Source: Eledone cirrhosa (lineage: Eukaryota). Taken from it: 64,000 bases of DNA. The translations under genes and the position numbers were made by a program. Within the stretch, counting starts at the first letter, position 1. Each line of letters opens with the position of its first letter. Positions 61,951 through 64,000 of the stretch are shown one piece after another. The notes beneath the pieces were generated by a model. That model was not told the DNA's origin, made no database searches, and saw only the letters and a program-made list of their open reading frames with translations. Where the stretch lies: positions 374,108,001-374,172,000 of the forward strand of contig OZ024740.1 of assembly GCA_964016885.1 (NCBI GenBank). Direction: 5' to 3'.

Positions 61951-64000
61951 GAATGCCATGGTTGACGGAGGCTCGGCTCTGTAAGGTATAGTAATTTTTA
62001 ACCGTTAAAACAATTGTAAATTGTTTAAAACTTGAACCAAATTGTTGATAAAGACACCCTCCTCCTCGTGAGAGGGGTCTTTCTGTCCGTTATTTGGCCC
62101 TTCGGGGTTAAATAGCCAGTTATTGGGGTTTTGTACCCAAAATTTCATTTTAAACAAAAAAACATGGCTACCAAAAAGAAATGTCATACGTCACTCCCAC
62201 TCATTCCGTCTTCTTCTTCCTCAATCATCACTACAGGAGAGAGAAGATTGTCTCTCTCCCTCCCTTCTTTAAATGTGTCTCTCTCCCTCCCTTCTCTTTC
62301 GCAAGCGACGAAAGAAAAGAAAAGTCTCGTGCAAAGCGTGCAAGGTTTCTCCACGACGACGACGACAGCGACGAAACAGGTGTGCGGGAAATACGAAAAC
62401 CCAGTTCATTCGTCTGACGTCAGGAATAATAGCAGTAGCAGCCGTAATAACAACAGCAACAGTGACAATGAAAACAACAGTAGCAGCCGCAACAGCATCA
62501 CCAGCAGCATAAACAACAACAGCATTAGCAGCAGCAACACCAACAACAACCACAGCAACAGCGGCGGAGGCAGTAGTCGTAGTACCTGCAGCAACAACAA
62601 AAGTACCAGCAGCTCTGACGACAACAACAACAGCAGAGAAAAACCAATCTCATTTGCAGGTATTGCGAAAAACCTGGAAACAATCCTCATAACAAATGAG
62701 GAATTAGAGGAAGCGAAGAAGATGGTGACAAAGAACGGACACCGAGCAATCTGCAAGGCAGCGAAAAATTTTTTCGAAACCCAAGAGCACTGTACGGTCA
62801 CGTACCGTACAGTAAGTACAAAATCCCGTAGGGTGGAAAGAGCCACAGAGGCCCAAATACAAAAAGCCTTGGGGTCTGTGTGGCAGAGGAAAACGCACAT
62901 CACCCGAGGCAAAAAATACGCCACCGTAGACGTACTTTTTGCCACACCCCAGGAGGCAAAGGCCCAATCAGTAGTGACCCTAAGGAGCGAGGAAATGGTG
63001 TTGGTGCCCTCCTACTGCGGGCAAAAAATTGTGAGGGTCAAACTGACCCACGTCCCCCCCGGAATGACCCCTTCTTGGCTGGCCGCGTCTGTCCTCGTCG
63101 GAATCGAGGACAAAACAACTGTACTGCAAGTACAGAAAAAAGTAAGAGAAGATTGGGTCGGCTCCTCCATTGAGATGCTAATCCAAACCAACCAGGAGTG
63201 CATCGAAGCTATCCCGGATGTGATAGACTTCGATAACGGCACTCAACTGCCCATAAGTGTTGAGGGCAAACGCCCGAAATGCTTTCGCTGTGGATCGAAG
63301 ACTCACCTCAGGGCCTTCTGCAACGAGAAGACCCTGAGAAAGGAGAAAACCCCCCTCCTCCCGAATCCGGTTCCACGGCTACCAGCAACAGGACAAGCGG
63401 CAACCAGGAACGATAGGTCCGTGGCACCCATACCCACTCCACGGAAATCAAAGACAGCAGCAGCAGTGGAAATATTAACAACAACAACAGCAATACCAAA
63501 TGCAGCTGCAACAGAGACTCCAGTGCAAACATCACCAACAACAACAAGTGAAAGAGTGGAGCTGGTACCCCTCCCCGACCTTACAGAATCAGACATGGAG
63601 TGTGAGGTGGGAGAGGGATGGCAAAAGGTCTCAAGAAGGCACAAACGCAGAAGCAGCGCATCGTCGCCTTTGAAAAGGGAGGAAAGAAATGAGAAAAGGG
63701 TAAAGTCTACTGCAAAGAGACCCACAGCAGCAACACCACCAACACCATCACCACCCACACCAGCACCACCATCACCACCGGCGACAACCCCACCGCCAAC
63801 AACACCTTCAACACCACCACCACAAGCACCAACATCGCAAACACAACAACAAAACACACACACCCAGCAACAACGACAAGAAAATAGCAGAACCACACCC
63901 CACCCCCAGAAAAACAAATGCACGGCAATAAACACACACAACAAGAAACTAATGACTTACATAATTGAACACACAGACATTTCACAACAGGACTACATAA
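61951..64000 (+). mobile_element. L1/Tx1-clade element 5' end (5'UTR + ORF1), continues beyond window
   Basis: Starts immediately after (ATT)n 61909-61950; gag-like ORF1. Confidence 0.7.
62164..64000 (+). CDS. ORF1 gag-like protein with CCHC zinc knuckle (open to window end, at least 612 codons)
   Basis: Hand translation MATKKKCHTS... has no stop; ISVEGKRPK-CFRCGSKTHLRAFC at 63253-63321; GWQKVSRRHKRR; Pro/Thr-rich tail. Absent from the ORF track because no stop falls in the window. Confidence 0.8.
   Translation, partial: MATKKKCHTSLPLIPSSSSSIITTGERRLSLSLPSLNVSLSLPSLSQATKEKKSLVQSVQGFSTTTTTATKQVCGKYENPVHSSDVRNNSSSSRNNNSNSDNENNSSSRNSITSSINNNSISSSNTNNNHSNSGGGSSRSTCSNNKSTSSSDDNNNSREKPISFAGIAKNLETILITNEELEEAKKMVTKNGHRAICKAAKNFFETQEHCTVTYRTVSTKSRRVERATEAQIQKALGSVWQRKTHITRGKKYATVDVLFATPQEAKAQSVVTLRSEEMVLVPSYCGQKIVRVKLTHVPPGMTPSWLAASVLVGIEDKTTVLQVQKKVREDWVGSSIEMLIQTNQECIEAIPDVIDFDNGTQLPISVEGKRPKCFRCGSKTHLRAFCNEKTLRKEKTPLLPNPVPRLPATGQAATRNDRSVAPIPTPRKSKTAAAVEILTTTTAIPNAAATETPVQTSPTTTSERVELVPLPDLTESDMECEVGEGWQKVSRRHKRRSSASSPLKREERNEKRVKSTAKRPTAATPPTPSPPTPAPPSPPATTPPPTTPSTPPPQAPTSQTQQQNTHTQQQRQENSRTTPHPQKNKCTAINTHNKKLMTYIIEHTDISQQDYI

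Noticed and set aside
62050-62120. HDV-like ribozyme suggested by TCCTCGT and a downstream hairpin
   Set aside because: Could not build P1/P1.1/P3; a simple hairpin explains it

Overview
AT-rich animal genomic DNA, most likely octopus or another cephalopod (inferred from repeat content). It is intronic or intergenic, and I can support no host gene. 1-28 kb is microsatellite-rich sequence ((TA)n, (CA)n, (TACA)n, (AGT)n) carrying tRNA-derived SINEs, a ~600-bp non-autonomous RTE-type retroposon and Penelope-derived fold-backs with hammerhead-ribozyme cores. 28.5-64 kb is a dense nest of non-LTR retrotransposons. It holds two families of Dong/R4-clade elements (RT + CCHC + restriction-like endonuclease) and L1/Tx1-clade elements (APE-RT-CCHC, plus an ORF1 gag open to the window end). 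Both groups are repeatedly joined through shared (AAT)n/(ATT)n tracts and lie in opposite orientation, giving alternating head-to-head and tail-to-tail chains. Also present: a decayed Naiad-type Penelope element with a TGA at its conserved C-R-H cysteine, a hAT-type MITE, a long-TIR fold-back and a non-autonomous Helitron.
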